64,000 bases of DNA from Candidatus Babeliales bacterium. GTDB lineage: Bacteria; Babelota; Babeliae; Babelales; JANWKD01. Below, piece after piece: positions 10,543 through 20,652 of this stretch (within the stretch, counting starts at the first letter, position 1; every line of letters starts with the position of its first letter). The DNA is taken from the NCBI GenBank assembly GCA_963701665.1, contig OY969622.1:992001-1056000 (forward strand), given 5' to 3'. The notes under the pieces were generated by a model. That model searched no databases, had not been told where the DNA came from, and saw nothing but the letters and a program-made list of their open reading frames with translations. The position numbers and the translations under genes were made by a program.

Positions 10543-11211
10543 TTATGCAAAAAGATAATCACGAGTTTTTTCAAGCACAGAACGAGTGCAGTATTTTTTC
10601 ATCATAGAGAAGGTCTGACAATTGAGTGTATAAAAAAGAAGCATTGCACTCGCATGGAATAAACGCTCGACTGCTACAATGGGCAGCAAGGCATACCAAT
10701 AGGCGGGTACGGTAGGCAACCAATATAACCACAACACTGAACCAACAGCGTGGGCTATAAAGGTACTGCCAAATGCTTTTGAAAGCGCGGTTTCAGGAAC
10801 AAAATACAAGGCTACGGGAATCAGCCAATATAAAGTATATAAAGGTACCTGCATACCGATTGGGTGAGCAACAAACAGCATCATACAGATCACGGGCAGA
10901 TACAGCCGTATCATCTTTGATGAGGATGCCCAGTATGCTGATGCAAAGAGTGTAGGAATGTGGTATGCTAGAGGAGTAAACAGACCGACGCCTGTTATTG
11001 AAAACGTCACTAACCTTCTTACTAAGAATAAGATCAACCCAAGAAAACCAAGCGGATTTGCTCCCATGACGGGCCCTACAATGCTGATACCAGAAAAGTA
11101 GAACGAATAACCAAAGAAGTGATGTAATCGTATAAATCGAACTAATTCACACACTCCATACATGGCTATAGCCTGTGCAACGGCACTAAATCGTTTATTA
11201 ATCATAGTCAT
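10543..11211 (-). CDS. Integral membrane protein of unknown function
   Basis: Six to seven hydrophobic segments; co-oriented with uppS. Confidence 0.7.
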   Translation of the reverse strand: MTMINKRFSAVAQAIAMYGVCELVRFIRLHHFFGYSFYFSGISIVGPVMGANPLGFLGLILFLVRRLVTFSITGVGLFTPLAYHIPTLFASAYWASSSKMIRLYLPVICMMLFVAHPIGMQVPLYTLYWLIPVALYFVPETALSKAFGSTFIAHAVGSVLWLYWLPTVPAYWYALLPIVAVERLFHASAMLLFYTLNCQTFSMMKKYCTRSVLEKTRDYLFA

Positions 11212-11295
11212 AACCTTTACACTAAGTAGTAAGGGGAATTTTTGTTCATCATACCACCATTACTGGTCTTGAACAATAGGAAAGAAAGGAATTTA

Positions 11296-11967
11296 ATGTA
11301 TTACAAAGCTATTATTTTCGATATGGATGGTACCATTATTGATACCTCTCATATCTGGCGCCAAGCAACAAAAGATTTAATCACGAAGCACGGGATTGAT
11401 TTCGATCATGAAGCTCATGAAGATCTTCACGCAAAACTTCATGGCCTTGGCATGAAAGAAAGTTGTTCAATTATTAAGAACCACTTTAACCTTAATGCCT
11501 CCATTGATGTTCTTATGCAAGAAAAATCTCAAATTGCTGCAGCGTTATACAAAAATAACATCACTTTTGTTGATGGATTTCAAGAATTTCATCAACGAGT
11601 AAAACAAGCACAGCTAAAAACCGGTATAGCAACCAACGCTGATGATGTTACCTTACATATCACCAAAACTACTTTGAATCTTGAACAATTCTTTGGTGAA
11701 CATATTTATAGTATTGCGCATGTAAACTATGTGTGTAAACCAGATCCAGCTGTTTATCTTCATGCTGCAGCAAAACTGGCAGTTGCACCGCAAGAATGTA
11801 TCGCTATTGAAGATTCTGCTCACGGTATTGAAGCGGCAAAAAAAGCGGGCATATTCTGCATAGGCATTAATACCGGAAAAAACAGGGCAAACATTGCCGG
11901 CAGTGATTTGATTATTGAGTCATATAATGAACTTGAACTAAGTAAGCTTCTGGTAAAATTATCATAA
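11296..11967 (+). CDS. HAD-superfamily phosphatase (beta-PGM/CbbY-like)
   Basis: IFDMDGT, ATN, KPDP and IEDS..GIEAA motifs; AAGGA RBS before ATG 11296. Confidence 0.9.
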   Translation: MYYKAIIFDMDGTIIDTSHIWRQATKDLITKHGIDFDHEAHEDLHAKLHGLGMKESCSIIKNHFNLNASIDVLMQEKSQIAAALYKNNITFVDGFQEFHQRVKQAQLKTGIATNADDVTLHITKTTLNLEQFFGEHIYSIAHVNYVCKPDPAVYLHAAAKLAVAPQECIAIEDSAHGIEAAKKAGIFCIGINTGKNRANIAGSDLIIESYNELELSKLLVKLS

Positions 11968-11969
11968 CG

Positions 11970-13052
11970 TTATTCGATTACTTCTGATATATCAACAATT
12001 TCCTGAAATCCTTGTTCGTTAGAATCTTTATCTTCTGCTAGTTGGGCAAGGTCATCATACAATTTATTTTTTTGGGATGTGATAACTTGTATTATGTCCT
12101 CTACTTTTTTCTGGTCATCACTGGAATATGTATGTTGTTTATAGAATTCTCGGCCAGGTTCGCCTCGCCATTCTTTAACTATATAAGGCAAACACAAACA
12201 ACCCATTCCTCCACATACAAAGGTGCTAATTCCACCGATAATAGCTATCGCTACTCCAAGATTTTCATCAACCAGACATGCCACTGCGGTACCGACACCT
12301 ATACTGCAGCACCCACATAGACAACAAAGACAGCCTGGAACACGGGCACAAGAACAATTTTCTTCAGCCTCATAGCTTTCAAGACGCTTTTTAAAATATT
12401 CCAATATTCCTATTCGTATAGCATAAAAATCAGAACGAGTAATCGCTACTTTGGAACCAGCGCTTAATTCGTTCCATTTTGTTGGCGTTCTTTTGGAGAA
12501 TTTTTTTAATTTTTTTTCTATTAAAACACGATCAAGAAGATCCGTATTTGCCGTATAATCATTGCGCCTCAAAAATGGAATGCCACTGGGACCTACCATT
12601 AGTTGATTTAAGGAGCGTACATCTTTAGAAAAGGAATATAATTTATTTGATTCTGACCCATATTGAGTATGTTCAAAAAAATGTATCATTTGATAACCAA
12701 ACTTTTCTGATGTAGGATCATCACGATGTTCACAAAGATGCTTTACAAATGCTGTTTCTACTTTTGCAAAAACTTTATCACTTGGATAAAAGCTATTAAG
12801 TCTTATTAAATAGTTAAGTCCTCTATTATTTCCAGGCAAAAAATCAAAAATCATTTCCTTTACTTCATTAGGCATTTCTGCAAGCGTTATGGTATCGATT
12901 GATACATCACTATAGCCTAGGTAATTTTTCAGCTTTGCTAGCAAACCGGTTTGTTCTGTCGGTTCCTCTTGTTCCTCCATTGAATATATATAAGCTGTGC
13001 TAGCCAACACGATGCTAAGCATCATTCCTGTTATTATATTTTTAAAGATCAT
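11970..13052 (-). CDS. Exported protein with F-box-like motif and Cys-rich hydrophobic hairpin (paralogue 1 of 3)
   Basis: Signal ending IYS-MEE; TLAEMPNEVKEMIFDFL; CLCCLCGCC-containing two-helix segment; similar to the next two genes. Confidence 0.7.
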   Translation of the reverse strand: MIFKNIITGMMLSIVLASTAYIYSMEEQEEPTEQTGLLAKLKNYLGYSDVSIDTITLAEMPNEVKEMIFDFLPGNNRGLNYLIRLNSFYPSDKVFAKVETAFVKHLCEHRDDPTSEKFGYQMIHFFEHTQYGSESNKLYSFSKDVRSLNQLMVGPSGIPFLRRNDYTANTDLLDRVLIEKKLKKFSKRTPTKWNELSAGSKVAITRSDFYAIRIGILEYFKKRLESYEAEENCSCARVPGCLCCLCGCCSIGVGTAVACLVDENLGVAIAIIGGISTFVCGGMGCLCLPYIVKEWRGEPGREFYKQHTYSSDDQKKVEDIIQVITSQKNKLYDDLAQLAEDKDSNEQGFQEIVDISEVIE

Positions 13053-13073
13053 GATTATTCTTTTTGAGAGTAG

Positions 13074-13130
13074 ATTATTGAATCGTATAACGAACTTGAA
13101 TTAACAAAGCTGCTGGTAAAGTTATCGTAA
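13074..13130 (+). pseudogene. Orphan copy of the last 18 codons of the HAD phosphatase gene
   Basis: Translates IIESYNELELTKLLVKLS* versus IIESYNELELSKLLVKLS* at 11911-11967. Confidence 0.85.
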
Positions 13131-13132
13131 CG

Positions 13133-13969
13133 CTATTCAATAACCTCAACTTCCCCTTCGATTTTAAGATAATTTAAATTCGTTTGAGCTTGGTTAATTG
13201 ACTGTACTATGGTGAGTATTTTTCCATCCACTTGTTTCTCAAAAATATTGCGACTCTTTCGATCGATCTCAGCGCATCGTTGTGCCATATCTTCACAAAA
13301 AAGACATGAAACTCCCCCGAGACCTATTTCCAGAAGACCCGTAGCTAACACCCATGCTCCTGTTAGCGGATCGAATAAAGCTAATAGGGGAACAGCTGCA
13401 ACTGTCTGGGAACATCCACACAGACAACAAGAACCTCCAATAGCAGTGTTCAACAAGCAGGTCGCCTCACTGTGATAACTCTCGATTCTTTTTTCAAAAT
13501 AATTGAGTATTTTCGCGCGAAGCGTATAAAAATGAGAACGCGTGAGTTCTTTCTGGGTGCCCGCGCTTAATTGCTGCCATTTTTTTGGCGTTGCGATACA
13601 AAATGTAGTTAACTGATTTTCTATTGCCCTCTCATCCAGATCATCAACGCTTACTACATAATCATGAAACCTCAAGCAAGGAATGTCAGGAGATGGTATT
13701 AATTCATGTAAGGAACCTACATCATCAAAAATACTATTTATGTCCTCTTTGGATAAATTTTTAAATTTTTCCGTTATGTGACAGGGCAATGTTTTTACTA
13801 ACTTATCATTGTCTGCACAAGAAAATTTTTCTCTTAATAGTTCGATATTTTCAAGATACACATCACTTTCAAGATGCTCATCATGCTCATCTTTTTCCAT
13901 CGAATATACATAAGATGCAATCAACATCATGCTAAGCATCGTTACTTTTGTTATAGCTTTGCATATCAT
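13133..13969 (-). CDS. Exported protein with Cys-rich hydrophobic hairpin (paralogue 2)
   Basis: Signal ending VYS-MEK; shares DV.SL..LI, LSAG...TRS.FY..R..IL.YF.KR.ESY and terminal EVIE with paralogue 1. Confidence 0.7.
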   Translation of the reverse strand: MICKAITKVTMLSMMLIASYVYSMEKDEHDEHLESDVYLENIELLREKFSCADNDKLVKTLPCHITEKFKNLSKEDINSIFDDVGSLHELIPSPDIPCLRFHDYVVSVDDLDERAIENQLTTFCIATPKKWQQLSAGTQKELTRSHFYTLRAKILNYFEKRIESYHSEATCLLNTAIGGSCCLCGCSQTVAAVPLLALFDPLTGAWVLATGLLEIGLGGVSCLFCEDMAQRCAEIDRKSRNIFEKQVDGKILTIVQSINQAQTNLNYLKIEGEVEVIE

Positions 13970-13993
13970 AATTATCCTTTTGAATTTGAAGAA

Positions 13994-14845
13994 TTACTCT
14001 CGAAGATCATTGTCGCCATTTTCCCGATAATGGTAATCGCCATCACTATTTTGATGTAGAAGACTACTTATTTTTGTTTGGCATTCTCCAAACTTTTTTA
14101 TTATCTCTTTGATCTTCTTTGAATCATGCTGTTCATCATCCGACTTATTACAATAGTCACAGTATTTACATTGTAAAAATAGATCTTCCTCTGCACAATT
14201 ACGTACGGCACAAGAATAACTTGCACCCATAGAGCCGAGAGCTAGCAATGTTATACCTAAACCCACCAATGTTGCTGGATGGGATGCGCTACATCCTGCC
14301 GTAGTTATCCCCAATCCACTTGTACCAAGACCAGTACATGGCAAACAAGCTGGATGTAGAATCGATTCAACCCGATAACTTCTAACGCGTTGTTTATACT
14401 CTTCCAATACTGCTCCCCTCACGGTATAAACATCATAATGAGATAGTATTCTTTGAGTATATGGCTTTAGAACATTCCGTAATGTTGAACTGTTGTCATA
14501 AAAAATATTTAATGCTCGTTCTATTTCTTCTTGGTTAAGATCATCGGTATTCGCTGTCATATTTCGCCATGCAAACCAAGGAAGATCAGGATGTGGTATC
14601 ACGGAATCTAATAATGAAACATCATTAAAAATAATGGCTCTGTCACTTTCTTGTATACAGTCTAATCTTAGCATTAAATCATCGGATAGCGGTAATATTT
14701 CGTCATCAGTATTTTTTCCACAACAAAAATATTCTTTTGGATATTTTAACAATCTAAGTGCTTCGGGTTGATTATCATCCATCGAATACAGATGAACATT
14801 AGCCAACAGCACAATAGTTAGGACTGCGATTATATTTTTGAACAT
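13994..14845 (-). CDS. Exported protein with Cys-rich hydrophobic hairpin (paralogue 3)
   Basis: Likely start MFKNII (TAATG overlap with the upstream stop); signal ending LYS-MDD; DVSLLD, TANTDDL and KQRVRSY match the paralogues. Confidence 0.7.
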   Translation of the reverse strand: MFKNIIAVLTIVLLANVHLYSMDDNQPEALRLLKYPKEYFCCGKNTDDEILPLSDDLMLRLDCIQESDRAIIFNDVSLLDSVIPHPDLPWFAWRNMTANTDDLNQEEIERALNIFYDNSSTLRNVLKPYTQRILSHYDVYTVRGAVLEEYKQRVRSYRVESILHPACLPCTGLGTSGLGITTAGCSASHPATLVGLGITLLALGSMGASYSCAVRNCAEEDLFLQCKYCDYCNKSDDEQHDSKKIKEIIKKFGECQTKISSLLHQNSDGDYHYRENGDNDLRE

Positions 14846-15165
14846 TATGATTGCCTTTTTGATTGGAACCAGTTTTTTATTCCTATACATACATAGGTAT
14901 ATCCTACATTCAGTGCTGCATCAATTGTTTCATCAACTCCCCGCGCCAATCTAAGAAGATTATATGAAGCGGTAAGGGCTGGTGTCAGCTCAGAGAAATA
15001 TTCATCCTCAGACGTATGATGTTCTGATAAAATATTTTCAATATCCGTTGCATGTTCTGATGTACAAATTTGTTCTGGAGATAGAATCTTTGCAACTTCC
15101 ATCGCGTGTGAGGAAAGTTGAAAAAACAAAAAAGTAGTATAAAAAAAAGAAGATTGTTTTTTCAT
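14845..15165 (-). CDS. Small exported hypothetical protein
   Basis: Signal ending SHA-MEV; stop overlaps the next start. Confidence 0.6.
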   Translation of the reverse strand: MKKQSSFFYTTFLFFQLSSHAMEVAKILSPEQICTSEHATDIENILSEHHTSEDEYFSELTPALTASYNLLRLARGVDETIDAALNVGYTYVCIGIKNWFQSKRQS

Positions 15166-15255
15166 AGGAGCGCGTTCCTGAAACTTTTTAAAAGCTTGTC
15201 TTTATGATGATTACTTAGGTACATTTTTTACCACAAGTTCCAAGAAAGGCAATCA

Positions 15256-16440
15256 ATGGTTATAAAAAAGGATAGTATATATTTTTTCTTTATCTGCATT
15301 TTTATCATTTCTCATACATCTTTACATGCTCATGAAAATACGGTACCTGAAAAGCAATGGACAGTGGTGGGAGCAGGCCCTGCTGGCATTATTGTAATAA
15401 GTATGTTGCTCGAATTGGGAATCAACGCACACGATATTGCATGGATCGATCCTGATTTTAGTGTTGGACGATTAGGTAAATATTATAAAACAGTGCCGGG
15501 CAACAGCGAAACGCGCGACTTCATTGAATTTCTTAATGGCTGCAGCATATTTCATTATTGCGATGAAGCGAGCGTTGCAGCGATCAACTCGTATGGCTGC
15601 GAAGATGAATATCCATTAAGTATTATTATTGAACCTTTGCAAACAATCACTAATTATATATGCACGCACGTAACGGCCCACCGCTCGACTATGACGGCAC
15701 TCGAATTCATTGAGAACGAGTGGCACGTTGGCACAGCAGAAAATTCTTTTACTTCGCATAATGTTATTTTAGCAACCGGCGCGTGTCCAAAAGCATTATC
15801 ATACGAGGGCCCTCAACCAATCTCACTTGATAGTGCACTCGACAAGGCTACGTTGGCAACACTCGTTTGCCCAGATGATACGATCGCTGTTGTTGGCGGT
15901 TCGCACTCAGCAATTTTACTGTTGAAATATTTATCAGAACTTCCTGTTAAACAGGTCATCAATTTTTATAAAAAACCGTTGTGCTACAGTTATGAAAAAG
16001 ATGGTATTTATTATAATGCAACTGATGGACTCAAAGGCACTGCCGCACGCTGGGCAAAAAATGTATTAGAAAAAAATCCTCCAGCTAATGTAAAGCGCGT
16101 TTTGAACACACCAGAAGGGCAGGCATTATGGTTGCCACATTGTACAAAAATTATCTATGCCATTGGGTATGAACGCTCAGCATTGCCTTCAATTAGCACA
16201 CTCCCTCATTGCTATGATAGTTATGATGCTCACACGGGCATCATTGGTCCACGACTTTTTGGCATTGGTATCGCATTTCCTGAACAATACACTGATCTAG
16301 CTGGATCTCAACAATTAGGAATAGGGCTCATTGATTTTATGCAATACGCTCAGTATATTGTACCTTCATGGCTTGATTATTCATCCGCACACGTGCAACG
16401 CAGAAATAATCGAACCATTTTTGCATTAATTCCATGGTAA
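15256..16440 (+). CDS. FAD/NAD(P)-binding oxidoreductase with N-terminal signal-like segment
   Basis: VVGAGPAG, ILATG, VVGGSHSA and AIGY flavoprotein motifs. Confidence 0.8.
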   Translation: MVIKKDSIYFFFICIFIISHTSLHAHENTVPEKQWTVVGAGPAGIIVISMLLELGINAHDIAWIDPDFSVGRLGKYYKTVPGNSETRDFIEFLNGCSIFHYCDEASVAAINSYGCEDEYPLSIIIEPLQTITNYICTHVTAHRSTMTALEFIENEWHVGTAENSFTSHNVILATGACPKALSYEGPQPISLDSALDKATLATLVCPDDTIAVVGGSHSAILLLKYLSELPVKQVINFYKKPLCYSYEKDGIYYNATDGLKGTAARWAKNVLEKNPPANVKRVLNTPEGQALWLPHCTKIIYAIGYERSALPSISTLPHCYDSYDAHTGIIGPRLFGIGIAFPEQYTDLAGSQQLGIGLIDFMQYAQYIVPSWLDYSSAHVQRRNNRTIFALIPW

Positions 16441-16481
16441 TTCTATACTTTCAAAATATAGTAGGATGAACACAATTTTTA

Positions 16482-17378
16482 ATGAGAATTAATAAAAAAA
16501 TGAGCGTAGTAGTTACCCGATTTTCTTTTTTAATACCATTTCTTTTTATTCTTGCGATCTATAGTGAACAAGGAATCACCGATAGCCTTATCGAGGCACA
16601 ACTTGGCGGCCCCAATCCTATTTTTAGCATTGGTCATAACATTCAAAAAAAAGGCCATGGATTTGTCCGCTGTTTTGCCTACCGTATAAAAGAAAGTGAA
16701 AAGCAGTCTTCATTCGTCACGCATAACGGCCTTTACTATGGCATTACAGATACCTTAACCGTTAATATACGAATACCCGGCATAAGATACGCAAAGTCAC
16801 CTCCTTTAAAAACTTCAGGCGTTGGCAATGTACATTTGCAAGCGGAATGGGCATTTTACAACCATTATGAAAGCGGCAGTTTAACTCAAGCCACCGTACT
16901 TGCAACCGTACGCATTCCTAGTTCGGATATACAGGTGCAAACAATTGACACAGCACGCTCACCAAATTTTTTGGTCGGAGCTACCACGAGTCATTGGACT
17001 GATATATGGCATCTTTATACTGATGCTGCAGTTAACCTAATGACTACGCATAAACATTTTAAATTAGGAAATCAATTTTACTATAATTTAGGATTGGGCC
17101 GCATCGTTTATTCTAAACCATTAAGTCGTGGCGGCATTCTCTATGTTGAACTGATGATGGATATTAATGGCCTTTACACACGGCCTAATACCCTCTATCA
17201 CAAGCAAGATTTATCAACTGGTAGCATCGTTACCTATTTAGGACCTTGCTTTCGGTTTTCACTTCCTTATCTTGTTTTAGTAGGCGGTATGCAATATCCG
17301 ATCTCTCAGACCTACCGGGACCCTGCAACTATTCGTTCACATTATAAATTGGGACTTGGTGGAGCTTTTGTGTTTTAA
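16482..17378 (+). CDS. Probable outer-membrane beta-barrel protein
   Basis: Signal-like N-terminus, alternating beta-strand pattern, GVGNVHLQAEW motif, C-terminal Phe. Confidence 0.55.
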   Translation: MRINKKMSVVVTRFSFLIPFLFILAIYSEQGITDSLIEAQLGGPNPIFSIGHNIQKKGHGFVRCFAYRIKESEKQSSFVTHNGLYYGITDTLTVNIRIPGIRYAKSPPLKTSGVGNVHLQAEWAFYNHYESGSLTQATVLATVRIPSSDIQVQTIDTARSPNFLVGATTSHWTDIWHLYTDAAVNLMTTHKHFKLGNQFYYNLGLGRIVYSKPLSRGGILYVELMMDINGLYTRPNTLYHKQDLSTGSIVTYLGPCFRFSLPYLVLVGGMQYPISQTYRDPATIRSHYKLGLGGAFVF

Positions 17379-17435
17379 AAAGGTAAATTTAATAAATTAA
17401 ATTTGGCAGCGCAAAGGTAGCATCGAAAACAGAAT

Positions 17436-17682
17436 TGTCATTGCGATCCTACTTCGCCCTACGAGCTTCGAAGGAGCTGGCAACCTGTTCTACGAAGTTT
17501 TAACGAAGTAGAATCCAGATAATAAAATTAGTTCCTTTAAGGAATTATTAAATTTTGGATTACCACGTCGCTTCGCTCCTCGTAATGACATACTGGCGCG
17601 CATATTCGTCATTCCGAGCGTTAGCGTGGGAATCCAGTAATAAAATTTTCCTTATAGGAACGGCTAAAGCCTCGGGATGACA
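17436..17682. repeat. Tandem pair of palindromic REP/RPE-like elements with nested hairpins
   Basis: TGTCATTGCGA...TCGTAATGACA then GTCATTCCGAG...CTCGGGATGAC; near-identical reverse complement at 60979-61236. Confidence 0.85.
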
Positions 17683-20364
17683 TTATTCCAAATTATATTC
17701 TTTACATCGACGATTAATTGAAGAACGATTCACGCCCAAGAATGCTGCGATTTTGTTTTGATTTTTAAATTTATGCCACAACGCATGCATGATGGTGCGA
17801 TCTTTGAGTGCCTTTTTGCCAAGCTTAGCAGCTTGCATAAGCAATGGATCAGTAACAGCATGATTGGCATCAACTTCCACGGAATGTTCAACCTTAATTT
17901 TTTTTGATTTTTGCACTAAGAGTTGTTGAATTTTTGCTTTAAACTCTGCCAAACTCATAGGCCTATCATCAATAAGATTATTTTTTTCACGCTGGGTCAA
18001 TTCAAGCAGGTTTTTAAACGTAGGCGTACGCAATGCTTGTTGTGTAAAACCATCAACTAACTCATCCATTTCATGCCCTGCAAGCGATGCTAACGATGGC
18101 ATGCTCAAGGTTGTTTTTTGTAATTCATTGTATAAACATTGTGAGAAGCGCCCTTCTTGTACTAATGATTCTACATTATGATGCGTTGAAACAATGATGC
18201 GAACATCACTCATAATGCGCTGATCACCTTTATAGATCGTAAAGTAGCCATACTTAATGAATTCCGCCAATTTTTCTTGAAGCACCGTATCAAGAAAATG
18301 AATATTTTGTATAAATAAGGTACCAATCGAATTCAATTGCTCTAGCAGTGATGGCTTTCGTGCAAATCCTAAGAGCGGGTTGATGCCAAAGAGTTGCATC
18401 GCCACATCGGTATTCTTGTGTGCCTGAAGCGTAAGAACTTCTAATTTTTCGCGCAAACTAATGTGATGAATAATATCCACCGTCGGAAGTAAGTCAGCAT
18501 CGGGCATCTGCAACAATAATGCTTTTTTACTGAGTGCAGTTTTGAGTAACTGTATTTTGAAATTGAGTAGTTGAGATCCTGAACTTGGAATTAACTGATT
18601 AATAAGTTGTCCTGATTTTGTTGTCTCTAAATAGAGCAAATAATCCCATTCAGATGGATTAGCTAAAAGATCAATCTGTTTTTTAATCATATCGGCAATT
18701 TCAGGATAGTAGACGGTAACAATAACTTGCGAGTGTTCAAGACTCGGAATCGCCGCTAAAACGAGAGAATTCCCATTGGCATCAGTACCAAATATTTGCT
18801 GTGACGATTTATAATGTTCAACTTGTTCAACGAGCTTCTTGCACGCTTTTGAAATTGGATGCCCAAAATGCGTATTGAGATCAACGCCGATAAGCTCTTG
18901 TGCTGCTTGGTTGCCAAAAGTAAATCGTCTGTTTTTATAAAATATGATACCGATTTTGCGCTGCCCACTCGAGCGCAAAAATGAACGTACGCTTTCTTTA
19001 TATTGATTAATTTCTTGATGTTTATGGAACAGCTCTTCGCGCAGTTCTTTCTCCTGAGCAATGAGCAACGTAAGGTTACGATTTTGCAGTAAGTGAATAA
19101 TGTTACTGATGTAACTACCAAATACGACCATTTCATCGCGCTCGATATTACTAAAAAATTCGTGCGCTCGTCCTTCGCGATCGACAATTACGTACGCAAT
19201 GAGTGTCGCGTGCTGATAAACAGGCAAAAATAATGCCGCCTTAATACGTTCAAGAAATTGTATGATATGATGATTGCGTGCATCTTCTTGATAAAAATTA
19301 TTGAAAACAATTTCATCATAGATAAAAATTTTATGCTCCTTGAGCATACGCAAAGCTTCATGCCCTTCGCTCAAGAACCGTTCAACGATCATTTCTCGTT
19401 CAGATAATTCTGCTTTGGGTTCAGATTTTTGTTGTGTTGCAGTACGAATGTATAATGCCGTATGATCAGCTTTCACCTTAAATGCATCTTTGAAAAAAAG
19501 TTGCGTCAAAATGCCAAGTTCAGCGAGTGATGTTGTATGGCTTAATTTTTCAAGAACATTTTTAAAATCATCAATAAAATTAAATTTCTTTGTTGATTGC
19601 ACATGATTTTGGAAATTCAAGAAACGTAACCCCATTACTTTACGCATTGCATAATAAATCGCCATGGTTAAAAGCAACGATGCAATGCTAGTAGCTGCAT
19701 AAAAATAGGTATTCGTTGCCACCAACACACAATGCATAAGCTCAACAAAAATATACGGAGCAATCAGATATTTAACGAAGAGCGTGAGCTGTTTTTTCAA
19801 AATTTTTGAAAAAACCGGTTTATTTAAGCGTTGTATCACAAAAAAGAGCGTAGGAAGTATTAAGAAGGATACTAAATAAACAATGCTAATCTCCATTACA
19901 TAAAACTCAAATGGAGATCTATTGAGAACATTATTGAATTCAAAAATTGCTAAATAAAAGAAAAATATTATAAAAAGGCTATTTACCCCGAGTAAAAACT
20001 TTTGCCATAGCGTAATCGTAAATTCTTTTTCAGAAAGGCTTTGTATAAAAAAACTTAATGATTGAAATTGAATAATGTTGAATGCCCATGCTATGCGAAT
20101 AAAGAACAGAACGATACGATAATCTAATATAAATGCACCCAGCTCTCTTAATAATTTCACGAGCCACACAACATCGCCAATTGCACTACTGCATAAGAGA
20201 ACTAATAAACACCATAAAGGTGTTTTCATAGATTGCTGCCTTAATGCTTTAAGGCTTAAAAAAAATAAAAAATAAATTTTTACGGAAGATGCGATACATT
20301 CTACAAATACAAGAAATTCAGGACTCTTAATAAAAAGATATAGTTGTTCTAGTAAGAAGATCAT
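17683..20364 (-). CDS. Membrane-bound regulator: multi-TM sensor, GAF/PAS-like region, degenerate sigma54-activator AAA domain, Fis-type HTH
   Basis: About 7 N-terminal TMs; QLFG, GTLFIQNI..L...LQ.KL, DVRII.ST, GRF...LY and MPSL motifs; C-terminal NQNKIAAFLGVNRSSINRR. Confidence 0.75.
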   Translation of the reverse strand: MIFLLEQLYLFIKSPEFLVFVECIASSVKIYFLFFLSLKALRQQSMKTPLWCLLVLLCSSAIGDVVWLVKLLRELGAFILDYRIVLFFIRIAWAFNIIQFQSLSFFIQSLSEKEFTITLWQKFLLGVNSLFIIFFFYLAIFEFNNVLNRSPFEFYVMEISIVYLVSFLILPTLFFVIQRLNKPVFSKILKKQLTLFVKYLIAPYIFVELMHCVLVATNTYFYAATSIASLLLTMAIYYAMRKVMGLRFLNFQNHVQSTKKFNFIDDFKNVLEKLSHTTSLAELGILTQLFFKDAFKVKADHTALYIRTATQQKSEPKAELSEREMIVERFLSEGHEALRMLKEHKIFIYDEIVFNNFYQEDARNHHIIQFLERIKAALFLPVYQHATLIAYVIVDREGRAHEFFSNIERDEMVVFGSYISNIIHLLQNRNLTLLIAQEKELREELFHKHQEINQYKESVRSFLRSSGQRKIGIIFYKNRRFTFGNQAAQELIGVDLNTHFGHPISKACKKLVEQVEHYKSSQQIFGTDANGNSLVLAAIPSLEHSQVIVTVYYPEIADMIKKQIDLLANPSEWDYLLYLETTKSGQLINQLIPSSGSQLLNFKIQLLKTALSKKALLLQMPDADLLPTVDIIHHISLREKLEVLTLQAHKNTDVAMQLFGINPLLGFARKPSLLEQLNSIGTLFIQNIHFLDTVLQEKLAEFIKYGYFTIYKGDQRIMSDVRIIVSTHHNVESLVQEGRFSQCLYNELQKTTLSMPSLASLAGHEMDELVDGFTQQALRTPTFKNLLELTQREKNNLIDDRPMSLAEFKAKIQQLLVQKSKKIKVEHSVEVDANHAVTDPLLMQAAKLGKKALKDRTIMHALWHKFKNQNKIAAFLGVNRSSINRRCKEYNLE

Positions 20365-20652
20365 AAAACCTTGCCAGATACTATAGGAATAATTATACTA
20401 CTCAACAGTTGGATAAAATAATTGTGCTTCATAAGGTAACAAATCATGATAAAAAGTAAAAAAATTGTAGCTTTTTTTCAATTTTTGAAGAAACTCGTTC
20501 CAGTACTTTTAATTTTAATATCACGACGCATACCACCTTGGGATTAAATACTAATTAGTTCAAAGACTAGCAAATAAAAAATATTGCCACAAACAAGAAT
20601 TAATTAGGTTTATCGGCTCGTTTATATAAGCTAATACAGCGTATTAGCTTTC

